Source: Balanoglossus misakiensis | Lineage: Eukaryota; Animalia; Hemichordata | DNA: 64,000 bases | Reading direction: 5' to 3' | NCBI GenBank assembly: GCA_040954595.2 | Contig: CM082588.2 | Coordinates: 12,475,398-12,539,397 of the forward strand | In this document: positions 50,201 to 64,000 of the stretch, in pieces | Layout: each line of letters starts with the position of its first letter | Numbering within the stretch: the first letter of the stretch is position 1 | Position numbers and translations under genes: made by a program | The notes under the pieces: generated by a model | Told to the model about the DNA's origin: nothing | Database searches by the model: none | The model's input: only the letters and a program-made list of their open reading frames with translations

Positions 50201-52749
50201 GTAAGTCACAAGTTTTTAGGTCCCATTGGTATGTACCATGGGACCTTATGGGATTGGTTACGTCTGTATGTATGTATGGATGGATGGATGGATGGATGTC
50301 TGTATGTCCGTCCACATCAAAAATTTGAAAACCGCAGCGCGTATGACCTCGATATTTGGTGTGTAGATGCAGGCAGGGCTGTAGATGGGAGTTTGTTCAA
50401 ATGAAGATGTCATTGCCAAAAATATGCAAATTAGCTGGGAAAATGTGAAATTGGTCAAAACTCAAAAACTGGACAACCACTGGTCATATTGATTTGAAAA
50501 TTGGTATGCATGTACCTTATATCAACCTCATACAATCCTGTATGTTTTGAGCTAATATTATCGATTTCCTTTTTTTTATGCATTTTTTTGAATTTTTCCA
50601 TGTTATTGGTAAAAAGTCTTTGAAATTTAGTATGAAGCTTCCTAATGGTTGTCTAAGTAACCATAGTTTTGTTCAAATTGTTGCAAAATGTGCATATCTA
50701 TAATGTTGAGCAATATTTGCCATTTTTGGTCAAAAAATGTTTTTCTTTAAAACCTCATGCCAGATTGCTTTGCAATTTGGTAGGCATGTTCGTAGGGGTA
50801 ACCTAAATAATATGTTGTAAAAAAATGTGATATTTGCATAAATGTGTTATCGGGGAAACTTTTGCAATTTTTGTCAAAAATTGTTTTCTCTGAAACAGCT
50901 TGTCCTATTGCATTGAACTTAGGCAGCATGTTCCTTGTAGTGATAGAAGTAAGATATTGTACAATTTTGGTGATATTTGCATATTTGGTTTTTGCCATTT
51001 TTGAACAAATATTTTCTGTGAAACTGCTTGTTGGATTGCTTTGAAATTAGATTTTTCTCTGATTGCTTTGAAATTTAGGATATAATTTCATAACACATAC
51101 CTGTATATGTGCAACTTTTATTCAATTCTGAGATCACAAAGATTAAATATTTAGCGAGTTTTTTTGGTAAGTTTCTTTGTTTTTGGTTAGCAAATCTTCT
51201 CCTAAACAAATTGTCCAGTTGTTTTTAAAGTTACTATTTACAAGGAGTTGTTACCTCAAACAAAGACATGTTTACATAACTTAAATAGGCCAGCTGTTAC
51301 AGATACCACCAGCTATCAAATTTTAATTCCCAGTGGCAGGTCAGTGTGTGTCTGTTCCAGAGCTGACTGAAAGAAGTTGCTTCGCATATGTGTTTGTACA
51401 GACAATTTTTGGTCAATTTTTTTTCTAGCACCACTTGTAAGACTGCCATGACACATGACAATTTATTGGGCATGTTCCTTGTTAATGTTTTTACATTCCA
51501 TATTTCTATATGGTCAGATCATATCTGCTTGCAAATGTCACCTGTAATTTTTATTCTGGTGTGTCACTGTTTCCGCATAATCCTCAAATGTCATCAGATC
51601 TCCGAATGTGATGAAAACAGTGTGTCTTGAGTGTTTTTTTAAATGACCTTTTGGGTTAAAAGTGGCAAAAATGGCAATTTTGTCTTGAAAGGGGTCAATA
51701 AGACTGACTTTTTTGGAATCAGCACCATTTTTTACATTGAATGGACTAGTCTGCTCAAACTTTCCTTACCAAAAATTCTGTTTAATCTTCTGAAACATGT
51801 ATACTAGTATACATGTAGCTGCCTGATAGTTTGCCCTGTGTGTGTAATTGCTGAGTGACATAACACATTCTGTGATTGGTGCAGTCACGTAACCACCAAT
51901 CAGATCGCTTGTTATAAGGAGAACTGCACGACCTTTAACCGCATTAGCATACCTGATTTTAGGACTCGATATTACCTCTGAGGACGCAATATTTAAGTTG
52001 AAGTTTTTTTCTTTTATCATATTAGAGCAAGAAGACTTGTTTTTTATGTAAAGGAAATAGACCCTAATATACAGAGTGCATTTTGAAACGATAGGCAGGT
52101 CCGGCCCATAGCCTAATTCTTCATTTTTCTGTCATGCGTAGGAATTGATCAGTGCTAACAACCCATGTCAAAATGGCAGCACTTGCCAACCCTAACCTCG
52201 TGTGTGGCATTGACGTGCACCTGCCAAGGATCCTATACTGGGGAGCGCTGTGAAAATTGTCAGTCAGTTTCTTTTGTCAAATTAATCAATATGTGTGGGA
52301 CTGCTATACATGTATATAAAACAGAATACTGCGATGGAAAATTCTATAACTTAATGTTTCAGTGGATATATGACTTAAAGTTAGCAGGATGCAGTAAATT
52401 CAACAGAAAGTGTAATTTCTCTTGTGTGAGCTCTGTGCGACTGTGCCAATGAAAATCTCACCACAAACAAAAATGACAGGTATACACTGTATATTAGCAG
52501 CTTTGTCTCTGTAATAGCCATAGTGTTTTGAAGTTGAAAACTTGCAAAGTGTGCAGTTTTATTCACACTACAAAGGAAACATTGTTGAAACGGATTATCT
52601 GTGTACATTGTCAAACTGTACACTTGTCGTGAGATTTATTCTCAATTATATTATATCATGCTACAGTCCACAATTCTGATTGGACGAGAGTTCAATTCAG
52701 CGATGCTAAAATACTCAATAATGCACTGCTGGCAGTGGTAAAAACGGGC

Positions 52750-53944
52750 TTTCTGTTTGCCACCTGGGTTTGTTCTTTAGGTTGTTGTATGTGTTTACAC
52801 TCATCATGTTTATTGTAGAACCAGGGTCGATCAGTGAGGCAACTGCTGTTTGTTCTATCTGCACTGTTACTCGAGGCCTCCTGCCATTTGATTGTTGTAC
52901 AGTGAGACAGTATTCATCTCCCGAGCTGTCTTCCACTTTATGCACAGCTTTGACAGTTTCATCCTTGTCTACCCTATTTGCCTTGCCTTTTGATCGGCAG
53001 CATTTGGCAAAATGGTTATGTTTGCCACACTTCCTGCATGACTTGCCTTTAGCTGGACATACTGAGTCATGTGGATAGGTGCCACCACAATAATAACAAG
53101 TGGACGGTCCTTTCGCTGGCTGCTGATGAGCTCTCTTTTGTTTATTTGGTTTCGGGCGTTGATGGCGCTGTTTTCTGACCGCATTCACAGATGCCGTATC
53201 TGCACCATATTTTGGGTTTTCTCCTCAATCCCACTAGCCTGAACCTCTGATACCTCAAATGAACGGGCTGTACTCAGTAGATTCTCTAGTGTCGTCTCCT
53301 CCCGAAGAGCACGACGTCTGAGACGGGCTGATGTGAATCCTCGTATGATTTGTGATTTGACCTCTTGATCCTTATTGGTGAAGTCACATATGTTTCTGCT
53401 AGGCGTTGCAAACAAGTGTGATAGGCATCAATCGATTCGCCGTTGTTTTGTATGGTGTCTCTGAAGATGAATCGTTCGTATTCAATGTTCCGTTTGGGTG
53501 AGAAGTACGACGTAAGCTTTAATTTGGCTGTTTCACAGCTCGTTCCTGTATCTGGTAGAGTATCAAAGAAGTCGGAAACTTCCTCACCTGCCCAGTGCAA
53601 TAGCAGTGCACGTTGTCGCTTGTCATCTGTAATGTTGAATGCGACAAATGCGTTTTCTACTCTAGCCATGTACTTTTTCCATCTCGTACTGGTGGTTGTC
53701 GGATCTGAATGAATAGGAAAACTCGGCATTGACGGCTAGCTGATTCTCCATGTTCTCCGTCCTCGTCGCCAAATATAGAATCGTGGGTGGGCAATAATGA
53801 CAACACGAGACACCAAGTCCGGCATGTAAGAGTGAGAGTGCTTAGCCTCGTTCACGCACTTTATTCATAATGACCCGAATGTTGCATTACGTCATTTTAC
53901 AGAATGTATAAAGTATAGATGCTCACCAGTGTTTGGACACTACA
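52750..53944 (-). mobile_element. Ty3/gypsy remnant, copy 3
   Basis: Same LTR/PBS/gag/protease. Confidence 0.9.
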
Positions 53945-56900
53945 GTATACATGTGACTGCAGTGTCTTTCCAATCATGAATTTGCAAGGTGTCCTTCAGA
54001 GAAATTCTTCTGATTCTCTTTTCTGATTTGCTTTGCATATATAACTTAATGATCTCATTTGTTGGAATTCCCTGTCTCAAATTTTTGATGATCAGTCTCT
54101 GCCCAATTGCTCATCGTCCAAACTTTCTTGTGTATTGAAAACCAGGAATCAACCAATGCGATCCCAATCCGTGCTTGAACAGTGGTTTCTGCCAGATGAC
54201 ATCTGGATCATGTCAACTGTACACATGTTTCTGTCAGAATTGTTTTCACTGGTGACCTTTGTGAACAAAGTAAGTTTTGATTTATTGTCTTGGGTTAATA
54301 ATTTATACAGTTCAAAGTATCACCATTTCTTTCAATGTGTAGATTTTTTTGTTTTTCTCTACAAGTGTAATCAAGATCTGCATGAAAATTTGTGTCGCTG
54401 TCTCCAAACCCAGCTAGTCCATACAACCAACAGTATGAATCACCACCTCATGCTGGGCGTAGCCATAGGCTATACATGCCTGCCGGTATCGAAGGCCATT
54501 ATGAGTATTGGTACCAGACCCCTCTTGAGAATGAATCATGGTTCCACCCTTATGGTAAAAAGTAAGATTACTCCATGCTAATAAATGACAATATTAGAAT
54601 GAAAGTACATTCTAAGTGACTTGTCTGGAGCATCGGGCCACTTAATCCCGAAAAATTGCAATCGGCCTGATTTTCAGTTAACCAATCTAAAGCCCAACTT
54701 TTCGTGTATTTAGTTGGGTTTCTAAAACTAACAAATTTATTGACAATATTTATAGCATGATGAACACTACTCTCATCAAATAAAATAATGTTGTGTCGTC
54801 CACAACTGGTGTAATTTTTATGTGTTTGGAATCGTAGACACCATTTATCTTTTAGTCAACTCTAAATCTAATATAACAGTCGCGAAAATTGCTATGACAA
54901 ACAAAAAATGAAGTGCTGACAGGGGACACCCTTGTCAGATCCCTTTGGATGGATAACATTTAGAGAAGACATTGCCATTTTTCAAACATCTAGTATGTGA
55001 TTATACATAGTTTTAACCCTAACGCTGCCAAGTCAGTTTGATATCCAGGGTGCCTAGAATCCTGGCTCCCAGGCCTGTTAGGCTGCCAAGGGCAAGTTAC
55101 GCAGTAGGGCCTATACAAGACCCTCAAACCAAACCAGAGCAAACCAGTACGATTTAGTACATTTAAGGGGGCTTAGACTGCCAAGTGTGTTATGAGAGCC
55201 ATGGCAAGACAGTCAAAATACTTTTAGGAAGAAAAAATGGCAAATACATATTTTAAGGGACTTGACACTCTAAACAGGTATGACACCTAGTAGCATTAGG
55301 GTTAAAATATAACTGCAAGCCAAAATGGTCATCTGAGGTCACCCGAAATTTGGGCAAAATTGTTTGACCCCATACTGGTCCAGGTCCATCAGAAACCAAA
55401 CCTGTCGCCTGGAATTAGGTATGCACATAATTAATGAGTTAAGCAGTTGTACAGGTGACCTCAAAATTCGGCTTTTCATTTTAGTCCCATCCCTCGAAAT
55501 GCTAAGGCTGTACCTGCTCTGGAGGCCGAGATATGAGAAAGTAGATCACCTGAGGTCACCCAAAATTTTATGGAAAAAATTGGATCCCACACTTGTCCAT
55601 GTCCAACAGAAACAAAACCTCTAGCCCTATTGGTAAGCCTAGAATTAGGTATGCACATAATTAATTAGGTCAAAGGTCAAGGGGTAACAAGTACATGTGT
55701 ATGCTTCATCCCACCAAATATGAAGTCTGTCGGTCTAATAGTTACGTACTTATGAGCATTTATGTTATATATAGTTCAAAGGTCACCAAGGTCACGTGAC
55801 ATTGCGGCGAAATGATTTGGTCCAATAGTTGTACCTGTCCACCAAAAATCAGCTCCCTAGGTGTATTAGTTAGCGTAGAAGTAGATATGTGTTTTTCAAG
55901 GTGGGTCAAAGGTCAAGGGGTCACCCGAAATTTGGCTTCTCATTTCGGCCCCTTGGTCAGTCCCTGTCACACTCCATAAATGGAGACATGTTCTGCGCAA
56001 CCGCAGTACGTGTAACCTCTTGAACTCAGATGTGCACATGCGTACAGCAGTCCCTGTTCACACCATAAATGGAGACGTGTTCTGCGCAACCACAGCTGGA
56101 CCTGTGAAAGATCAAATCCGATCGACCTATTTAGTTTCCGTATATTATATTGACCAATGCAGACTAAATCTAATAGAATTACTACATGTAGTATATCGTG
56201 TATAATACACACGTTTGGCAATATTGCAGTTTGAGTGTTAGATGCAGACGTGTATACCCGATCTAAATTTCCGGCCTACACATGTACATGTATCACTGTT
56301 CACGTGTACATACACCTTAACTGCGTTCTGAAAATGACATGGTATTTTCAAAATGTTACCCCAGATTACCCCATCATGTGAGAGCCATGAAACTCACACC
56401 CATTGTCCAGCAGTAGTTAGTTGACTATCCTATTCACTCAAAACAAAAAGAACGGGTGTGAAAAAGTCACTAAAACAGCATTGATACAGAGGTGTATAAC
56501 ACTGTCCATGATTTCAAGAGAAAAACATGAACGCAGCCCAGGCAGATCGGTCACTGTATGTGGCGATATCTTTCTAAGTATTTCACTCAACTTGTACAGA
56601 CGATGCCATGCTGTCTTCTGGAATGTGCTGGTAACGTCACACATCAAAACATATTGATGAAGCCCTTCCCTGCGGCTCGGGCATCATGAATATTATTAAG
56701 GTCAAAGATCACCATCCCTTGTGCAGGCAAAAGATCATGATATTGCCCTTGCTAACATGTGTTATTATTTAAATACGATGTTGTCATAGCTTTACTATGC
56801 AGGTATAGTAAAGCCTATGCCTTGGTCCAGACCCCCCATGGTCAATGAAAAAATATGAAATATAATGATCAAAAATCTTCTTCTCAAAATCGGCATACCC

Positions 56901-57698
56901 TAATTTGAAAATTTCGCCCTTATATGGTCATCAGGTCACTTGACTAATTTAACATTCACGGACGTACTGCACCAGATCTCATTGGCCTGCATCATTGTGC
57001 CAAATTTGAGAATTGTAGGTTCAGCCGTTTTCAAGATCCTAGTGGCCGATGAAAGTGCCAAAGAAGAAAAAAATGCCAACAATACCAATAGGGTCAATAG
57101 GGGCTTGGGCCCCTAAAAACCCCAGTAATAACAATAGGGGCCCCGCCCATAGGGGCTTGGGCCCCTAAAAACGCGAGTAATACCAATAGGGGCCCCGCCC
57201 ATAGGGGCTTGGGCCCCTAATAAGTTAGTTGTAAAGTTATTACTGAGCTTGAATTTCACTAGCGACTAAAACTAAACAAAAACAAATCAAAGTATCACAA
57301 GCTTTATTTTGGTTTGATGTAGGATGTAATATGCTTATAGCACACTGCCAAATTAATGTCAACCAATAAGACCGGTAGGATATGATCGAAAACCACACGT
57401 ATTAATGTGTAAAAGGCCGAACTTCCCAATAAATTTGGGTAGCCGACTACAGAGTCGAACCGATGCATGAACTGAAGTATCAAGACACATGGACTATTAT
57501 TGATTGTTTCAGCAATTTGACTTAAGTTTATAATTTCCTATGGCAGTTTTTGCCGACAAGAATCAATGCCTGACCAAACAAAATGGACATTTTCACATGA
57601 TCGTTACTGAGGTCACAAGTTAGCCAAGCCCTCATACACGCGCTATTCGGACGTATCGGTGATCTGTTTATGTGTTTAGCTAAGGTGGTAAACTGTTC

Positions 57699-58520
57699 AT
57701 CAATCAATCAATCAATCAAAATGACTTATAGAGCACCAAACTCCACTGCAATAGTGTTCAATAGCGCTTTACAATGTAAAGTTATGTTAATAGGCTCTGT
57801 TAAACAGATAAGTCTTGATGTGTTTCTTGAAACTGTCAAGTCTAGGTGACTATTGGGACACTCTTCCAAATGAGTGGGGCGATATACGGTACATGAAGTA
57901 GAAATTTGTCATTTGAACGAAGAAGTCTTGTTGAAGTTTTCAGATGGATTAAGTCAGAGATGTAAGCTGGTGCTGTGTTGTTTAATGCCTTATATGTCAT
58001 AAGCAAGATCTTGTATTGGATTCTATAGTGTACAGGCAACCAATGTAAATCCATGAGAACACGAGTAATATGATCCGTTTTACGGGTATGAGAAACGATC
58101 CTGGCTGCAGAATTCAGGGCATGCTGTAGCATGCATGATGATGGTAAACCACAGAGTAGTGCATTACAGTAGTCCAGTTTTGATGTGATTAGAGCATGAA
58201 CCAGCATCTGGCAAACTTCCTTAGTGAGGTAACGGCGAATGTGGCTGATTTGACGCAGATGGAAGAAAATTGACTTGCAAATTGCATTAATGTGCTTATT
58301 GAAAGTGTAATTGTCGTCGAATGTCACACCTATATTCCGTGCAGAATTCACAATTTGAACACAACATGATCCAATGCTCATGTGGTTTATGGGACGAGGC
58401 GAGCGGTTGAACTGAGACCTTATCAGGAGTACCTCGGTTTTGCCACCATTGAGTTGAAGTTTATTATGTGTCATCCAGGTTTTTATTTCGTGAACTGCCC
58501 TTTCCAGTTAAATATCGCAA
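57699..58520 (-). mobile_element. L2/CR1-group LINE fragment, copy 3
   Basis: Same ORF and tail, with a small private deletion near 57850. Confidence 0.9.
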
Positions 58521-58573
58521 CTAGCCATAATGTTTGACTGGGAGGAGCACCTATACTAATGCGAGAACCAGGG

Positions 58574-60727
58574 ATTGAAAGTTGCACCTGTGTTTTGATC
58601 CCTTAGTTACCCTTATAAGTACATTTGTAGTTTAATAACCATAGTTCTATTGCAAACCATTCTTTCCGTAGTTTTTTTTTTCAAATATTGTAATCTGAAT
58701 TTATTTTGGTGTTTAACAGGTGTGATTATCTGTATTGACGGCCATTTTGAAAAATATTGGTTGCCATGGAAACTCTTCAACAGATATTTAGTGACTCGCT
58801 ATCTGAATTTGTTCAGTACACATTAACACACATCTGAGCCAAGTTTGGTATTTTTATCACAAAATACACAATCGATATGAAAATTTGGGTTTTGGTGCTC
58901 CACTACATAAGTAACATTAAGGATGTACATTCAGTAAAATTGAAAGCATTGTCATTTTTTTTAATTGTTGATTTTTTTATTCTCCTTTGTATGTATAATG
59001 AAAATCCGTAATAAAATATAGGGGTCACCGGGCTTGTTTTTGAAATACAGAGCCATGAGTTTGGTCGATAATAGAAGAAATCTGCTGACTCAGCATTTTT
59101 CACCAATGGTTTGTCTATGGGCAAAATTCTTAACGCAATTTATCTCAAAAAGAGCGCGGTGACCCCTATATTTTATTTGACCAATGAATTTATATTTGCT
59201 GGACTGAGCTATGTGTAAAATTTCGTGAAAATGACAATAGTAGAAGTTTGTTTTCTGGCGATTATCAATGTAATCCTATGGGAAAAAGACCGGGCGTGCA
59301 GTGTTTCTAGTTTATGTTCTGCGCGTACATCCTTGATAAAGTTTGCTGGCTAGAGGGCTCCTTAACCTCCCTAATATTTGACGTCTTCACTCCTACAGGA
59401 CTGCGCAGCTGGAAGTTATAGTTCAGCATGTTCTGAAGCATGCACGCTGTGTCCAAGGGTTTCATGTGTGGAACAGCCAGCCTCTCATCACCAACACAAT
59501 GTGGACAGGGATATTTTGCCAACAATGGAAGTATAGACTGTATGCCTTGTCCTGCCCCGGGTATAAGTGCCAATATGATGGTATGTCGGAGCCAGAGGTG
59601 TGTGAAGATGTATACTACACTAATATAGAGGGTGAGTCAGCACTTAAAATTTGGGCATTACTGTGTAATCTTTCACTTAAGGCGGACGATCATCTTATGT
59701 GCATGTGCGTAATTCTGTGCGTACAAACATTACGTCCAGTCCAAATATTCTGCCAATTTTACATCCAATGCATTCAAATAGTGGACTGCTTCGCTTTCAT
59801 CCAGTTTTCATGTGCATCGTATAAGTAGACTTTTGTTTTGTCCCGTCTTTTCACCGAATTTGCTCTTTTCCAAATATCCGACACAGACTATGATCGTCAC
59901 GATCTTGTCTGTTGTTAGAACAGCACACTGTCATATGGCATTGACTGTATACAGTTTCTGTTACCAATATCTCTGGTTTGGCATTTTCCTGTCCTCAATC
60001 ATTTGCCAGGGATTTTTGTCTCCCCAACCCGCGTGAGAATCCCACGTCTTTGAAGGTATGACTGTGACTATAAGATTCTATAAATCTCTGTTTATTTTCA
60101 GCACAAACATCATGTGCTGATTGGCCAACTGGTAACCAATGTCCAAATGGTAACACTGTGATTTTATGCTCGGCTGGTTATTACAGTTCGGCCTTGGACA
60201 AAGGATGTCTCGCTGTACCTCTTGCATAAAAGGTAAACTTCTACCCACCCACCTTTATTTCCAACATCAAACATTAGGTCAGGTAATTTACTAACTGAAA
60301 AATAGGATGGGAACATTTTCCATTTCTGTATTTAAAATTTACTGATATAATATATGAATGAAAAAATGACAAATTTTCCAAATTTGAATAGACCTCTATT
60401 TATGAAAATAATTAAAATTTGCGCCAAATTTTTACAGTGGTATTTAAAGGTTAACTTGGTGTGTTAATTCTTTGTTTGATTTACAGATCAGCCGGTGCTG
60501 AACAGTGTACTATTTGTGAGCAAGGGTACGCCTGCACAGATCCCAGTGCATCGCAATTCAAGTGTACCAAGGGTTACGTGTCATTGGCTAGTGCAACAAA
60601 CTGTACCAGATGTACAAATGGTAAGATTGTGGTACTTGTTCAGTTTGCTGTGTGATGAAACTGAGGGGTATGTCTGTATGCATGTATGTGTTTACAACAG
60701 ATTTTCAAGTCAGTGCGACTGGGGTTA

Positions 60728-60766
<39 letters not shown>

Positions 60767-63700
60767 GTTTACAACAGATTATCAACTCGGTGCGAGATCT
60801 TGCGAGACCCGGTTAGCCATGTGAGATCTCGCAGAGTCTTATGATATTCAGAAAATGGTTGATTAGAAATGACGTTTAATGTCCTCCAAAGAATTTTCTA
60901 CATGCCTGTATACTTGTCTCAGAATTATGAAGTGAATCATCTCAAGTAATTTGTTATTTTAAATGACACTGTATCACAAATACTTCACTAAAAACCTCAT
61001 TTTCTTTGATCAGATGAAATAAGTGAGGAGCCTGCACGCACATCCCATCTTCTGTGCCCTGCTGGACAATCGTGTTCAGATCCAATGTAAGATCCGCTTG
61101 ACTGTGGCAATGGTGAATATGCTATGGAAGGCGACGGCACATGCACGCCTTGTCCAGCAGGATCCAAGTGTCCAACCATGTCACCCGTAGTGGATTGTTC
61201 AACAGTTACTGGTAAGTTGGGCTGCAAATCACTCTTGTGACTTCCCTGTGTTATAGCATGACATACACAGAAAATTAAACTGTTATGCTCATTGGAGTTG
61301 ATATTGTGATGCACTTTGAGAAACACAATGATTCCACTGAAGAGGTATTGTACAGTAACACCTGTGATTACGGACATCTCTCTAATAAGGGATCGTTGGA
61401 CCAAACCAATCGTTCTTTGAATTTTTTTTGTGATAGGTTCATACTCGCTAGGTTCGGCCACGTCCTTCTGGTTATGAATGCACAACTACAAGTGTCACAC
61501 AGTGCGCTACAGGGCAGTAAAGTGTTGAAGGAGGTAAGTCTTGAAATCTCTTTTCTTCTGGTCTCGATTTGAACATGGTTCCACAAGTTGTTTTCATCAC
61601 TTGTAGTTTTACATATTTTTTGAGTTCAACAGCTATGCAATACATGGTGTCCTGAGAAGTCGACCAGTATGAGAAGTCGGTATCGGCCAGTACGAGAAGT
61701 CGGCCTGTGGGAGAGAACCCTGGTACTTTGTGTTATATATAACTGTTTCACTACGAAATGTTTCCTTGATGTACAGGAGCTGAGATATTTGTACAAATAG
61801 CCGATGAATTTTAAAACTGTCTGTTCACTTTGCATGTACGTCACCGGGGTACGTCAACATCAGTCACCTGCACTTCTTGCGCTGCGCCAGTAGTCAGTTC
61901 CTCGTTACGTTTGTTTGTTTGGTGTTGTCTCAAAGTATGCATATACACATACATCTTCTATGTATTTTAGTAGGCTTTGAAACAACTCCCTGTAAAGGGA
62001 CAAAGTCTCTCTCTCGCTGCCCTTTTTCCATTAATAATATTTGATACAAGACACCATTTATTTATTCTAAATGTGGATATATAGTGAATCAACGTTCAAC
62101 CACACACAACTTCAATCCAACTTGTAGACACGAGAGTGAAAAACTTGCCAAAATGAATAATCGTTGTTTACCATTTATTCATTTTGGCGGGATTTTTACA
62201 CTCATATCCTACAAACGGGATGGAATTTGTCTGTAGTTGAATGTGGATTCTCAATATATCCACATGTAGAATAATGTGAACGGTGTCTTGTATCAAACAT
62301 AATTAATGGAAAAAGGTTCGCGCGAGAGAGACTTTGTCCCTTTAATCAGAAATGTCACAGGAATTTGGCGAACAACCTAAGCTCCTTACGCGGATACGGG
62401 GCTGGGGAGCCGGTACGGATGCCAGACGCCATTATTTGAAATGACGCCATTGTGTTGTCAAGAATTTGGGAAATCCGTCCAAATGAAAATATTTAGTGCA
62501 ATTATATTTTATTAAGTGTTGTTATAAGTAATCTGGGTCATCACTGCACTATTCGGGTACAAGTTCAACAACTGGCCGACTTCTCGTACTGGCCGACTTC
62601 TCATACGCGCGTACTGGCCGACTTCTAATCTGGCCGACTTCTCATGTATTCCTATACATTAGTGAAAATTGGGGAAACTGGTGTTTTTCAGACAACTTAT
62701 GAAGTCCCTTTCGCAATATTAACTCTAAAACAGCGGGTGATATTCCTTTTAAAATTTAACCAAATAAGCATACTTGAACTCTGTCATATCGGCAAAACAC
62801 TCACTACACAAGCTGCTGTTATTCTACAGACATGACATGTGCTGATTGCGGCGTAGGTAACTACTGTCCAGATGGGTCAGACAGCCCCATTCCTTGTCCA
62901 TCAAGTTATTATGCTGACACAGCCACAGAAGTATCCTGTACCCCTTGCGATCCAGGCTGTCAGTGTGCAGCAACATCACCCACTTGCCTGCACATCAAGA
63001 ACCTACTCTCTGGGACCATCAACAACATGTACTCCCCTTCTACCAGGTTTGTAGTCGTCTTAGTCGTAAAAACATATTTAAGGTGTTGCGCACCTCGAAA
63101 TAAAGGGTCGTCTGATCATGTTTAAATTAATACTGATGATACTATGACTTCTAAACATTTAATCTATGGAATAAAAATTGGGGGTCAACCATCTAGAGTT
63201 TTGAAAAAGCGCCCTTTATCTAGCACCTCTTTCAGATTTTGCCAGGCTCGTAGATTTTTGTAAAATGGCCTCAAAAATAAGAATTTTGGGAGGTTTGTCA
63301 TATTTTTTCACCATTGTAGAATCTAAATGTTCTGAATTATTTTATTTTTAGCAATTTTGAGATTGATTCATGTTCAGTATGATAATCGCATGTCAATACA
63401 ACTGTTACATTAAAGGAAAAGTTCAAATCCGCCTAAAACCACATTGCATTGGTACCTAGTTAAGTTGTCCTCACTTCTGATGCAAAATTTTGATGTGCAA
63501 TGCACGTGTCTGTGAAATTGACGAATAAAAAAATTGTATACCAGTGCAAAATTAAAAACTCCCTGTGCAGCCATCTTGGCAACTGCATGCTGGGAAAAGT
63601 ACTCGGATGATGACGAAAAAGTTTCGGGGTTCCGTGTAGTGCTACCCCGGAATACAATGTTGGGTGCAGACTACAACTATGGAAAAGAGATGCAGAATGT

Positions 63701-64000
63701 CATGTGATATAGTAGTGAAAACAAATACACGTTGGTTCACGTATTTCAGCTCTCAGCAATCAGGGTGCATTGAAAGGCCTTGATTGGTGTGATATTCACA
63801 ATTGATTATTATAAAAACTTACAGTTGTATACTGTTTTATTTTGTAAATATTGTGTACATTTGCAGCAATGGATCCGTGCGAACACAAACCTTAACCCAT
63901 GCCGCAATGCTGGTACTTGCCAAGCAATCCAGGGATCTTGTACAGGCGTCACATGTCAATGTGCTGGCTGCTACCTGGGCTTCACATGTGAAACACGTGA
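58574..64000. repeat. ~19.5-kb tandem repeat unit, copy 4 (partial, runs off window)
   Basis: Colinear with the first ~5.4 kb of copy 1. Confidence 0.97.
59399..63996 (+). pseudogene. Cys-rich/EGF gene fragment, copy 4 (partial: exons A-F and EGF1)
   Basis: Same exons as copy 1 up to the window end. Confidence 0.85.

Larger units (their letters stand above)
39858..54269 (+). pseudogene. Cys-rich/EGF gene fragment, copy 3
   Basis: Same exons and shared lesions, plus extra private stops (e.g. TAA in exon C near 41040). Confidence 0.88.
39032..58573. repeat. ~19.5-kb tandem repeat unit, copy 3
   Basis: Colinear near-identical copy of 1-19564. Confidence 0.98.

Noticed and set aside
1-64000. 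Tandem array as a pure assembly artifact
   Set aside because: Copies differ by a TSD-flanked insertion, microhomology deletions and many SNPs, giving at least four distinct versions; read-level confirmation is still needed

Overview
Eukaryotic (metazoan-like, AT-rich, GT-AG introns) DNA made up entirely of a head-to-tail tandem array of a ~19.5-kb unit: three full copies starting at 1, 19565 and 39032, and a partial fourth from 58574. The copies are near-identical but differ by SNPs and structural variants. Each unit carries, on the + strand, a decayed multi-exon gene fragment: six Cys-rich exons (Ephrin_rec_like/GCC2-GCC3-type repeats) followed by eleven 117-124-nt phase-1/phase-1 exons. Each of these eleven encodes an unusual EGF-like module with eight rather than six cysteines. 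Most stops and frameshifts are shared by all copies, so the gene appears to have died before amplification. Introns hold two L2/CR1-group LINE 3' fragments, a 5' LTR-PBS-gag-protease remnant of a Ty3/gypsy element (all on the - strand), several TTAA- and other TIR-bounded MITEs, and Helentron-like non-autonomous elements. A P-like element split one EGF exon from its splice donor. A 795-bp TTAA MITE is present in copy 2 only. Variant patterns among copies are mutually incompatible, implying recombination or gene conversion within the array. Most ORFs in the supplied track are spurious. Exon coordinates were read by eye and may be off by a few nt.
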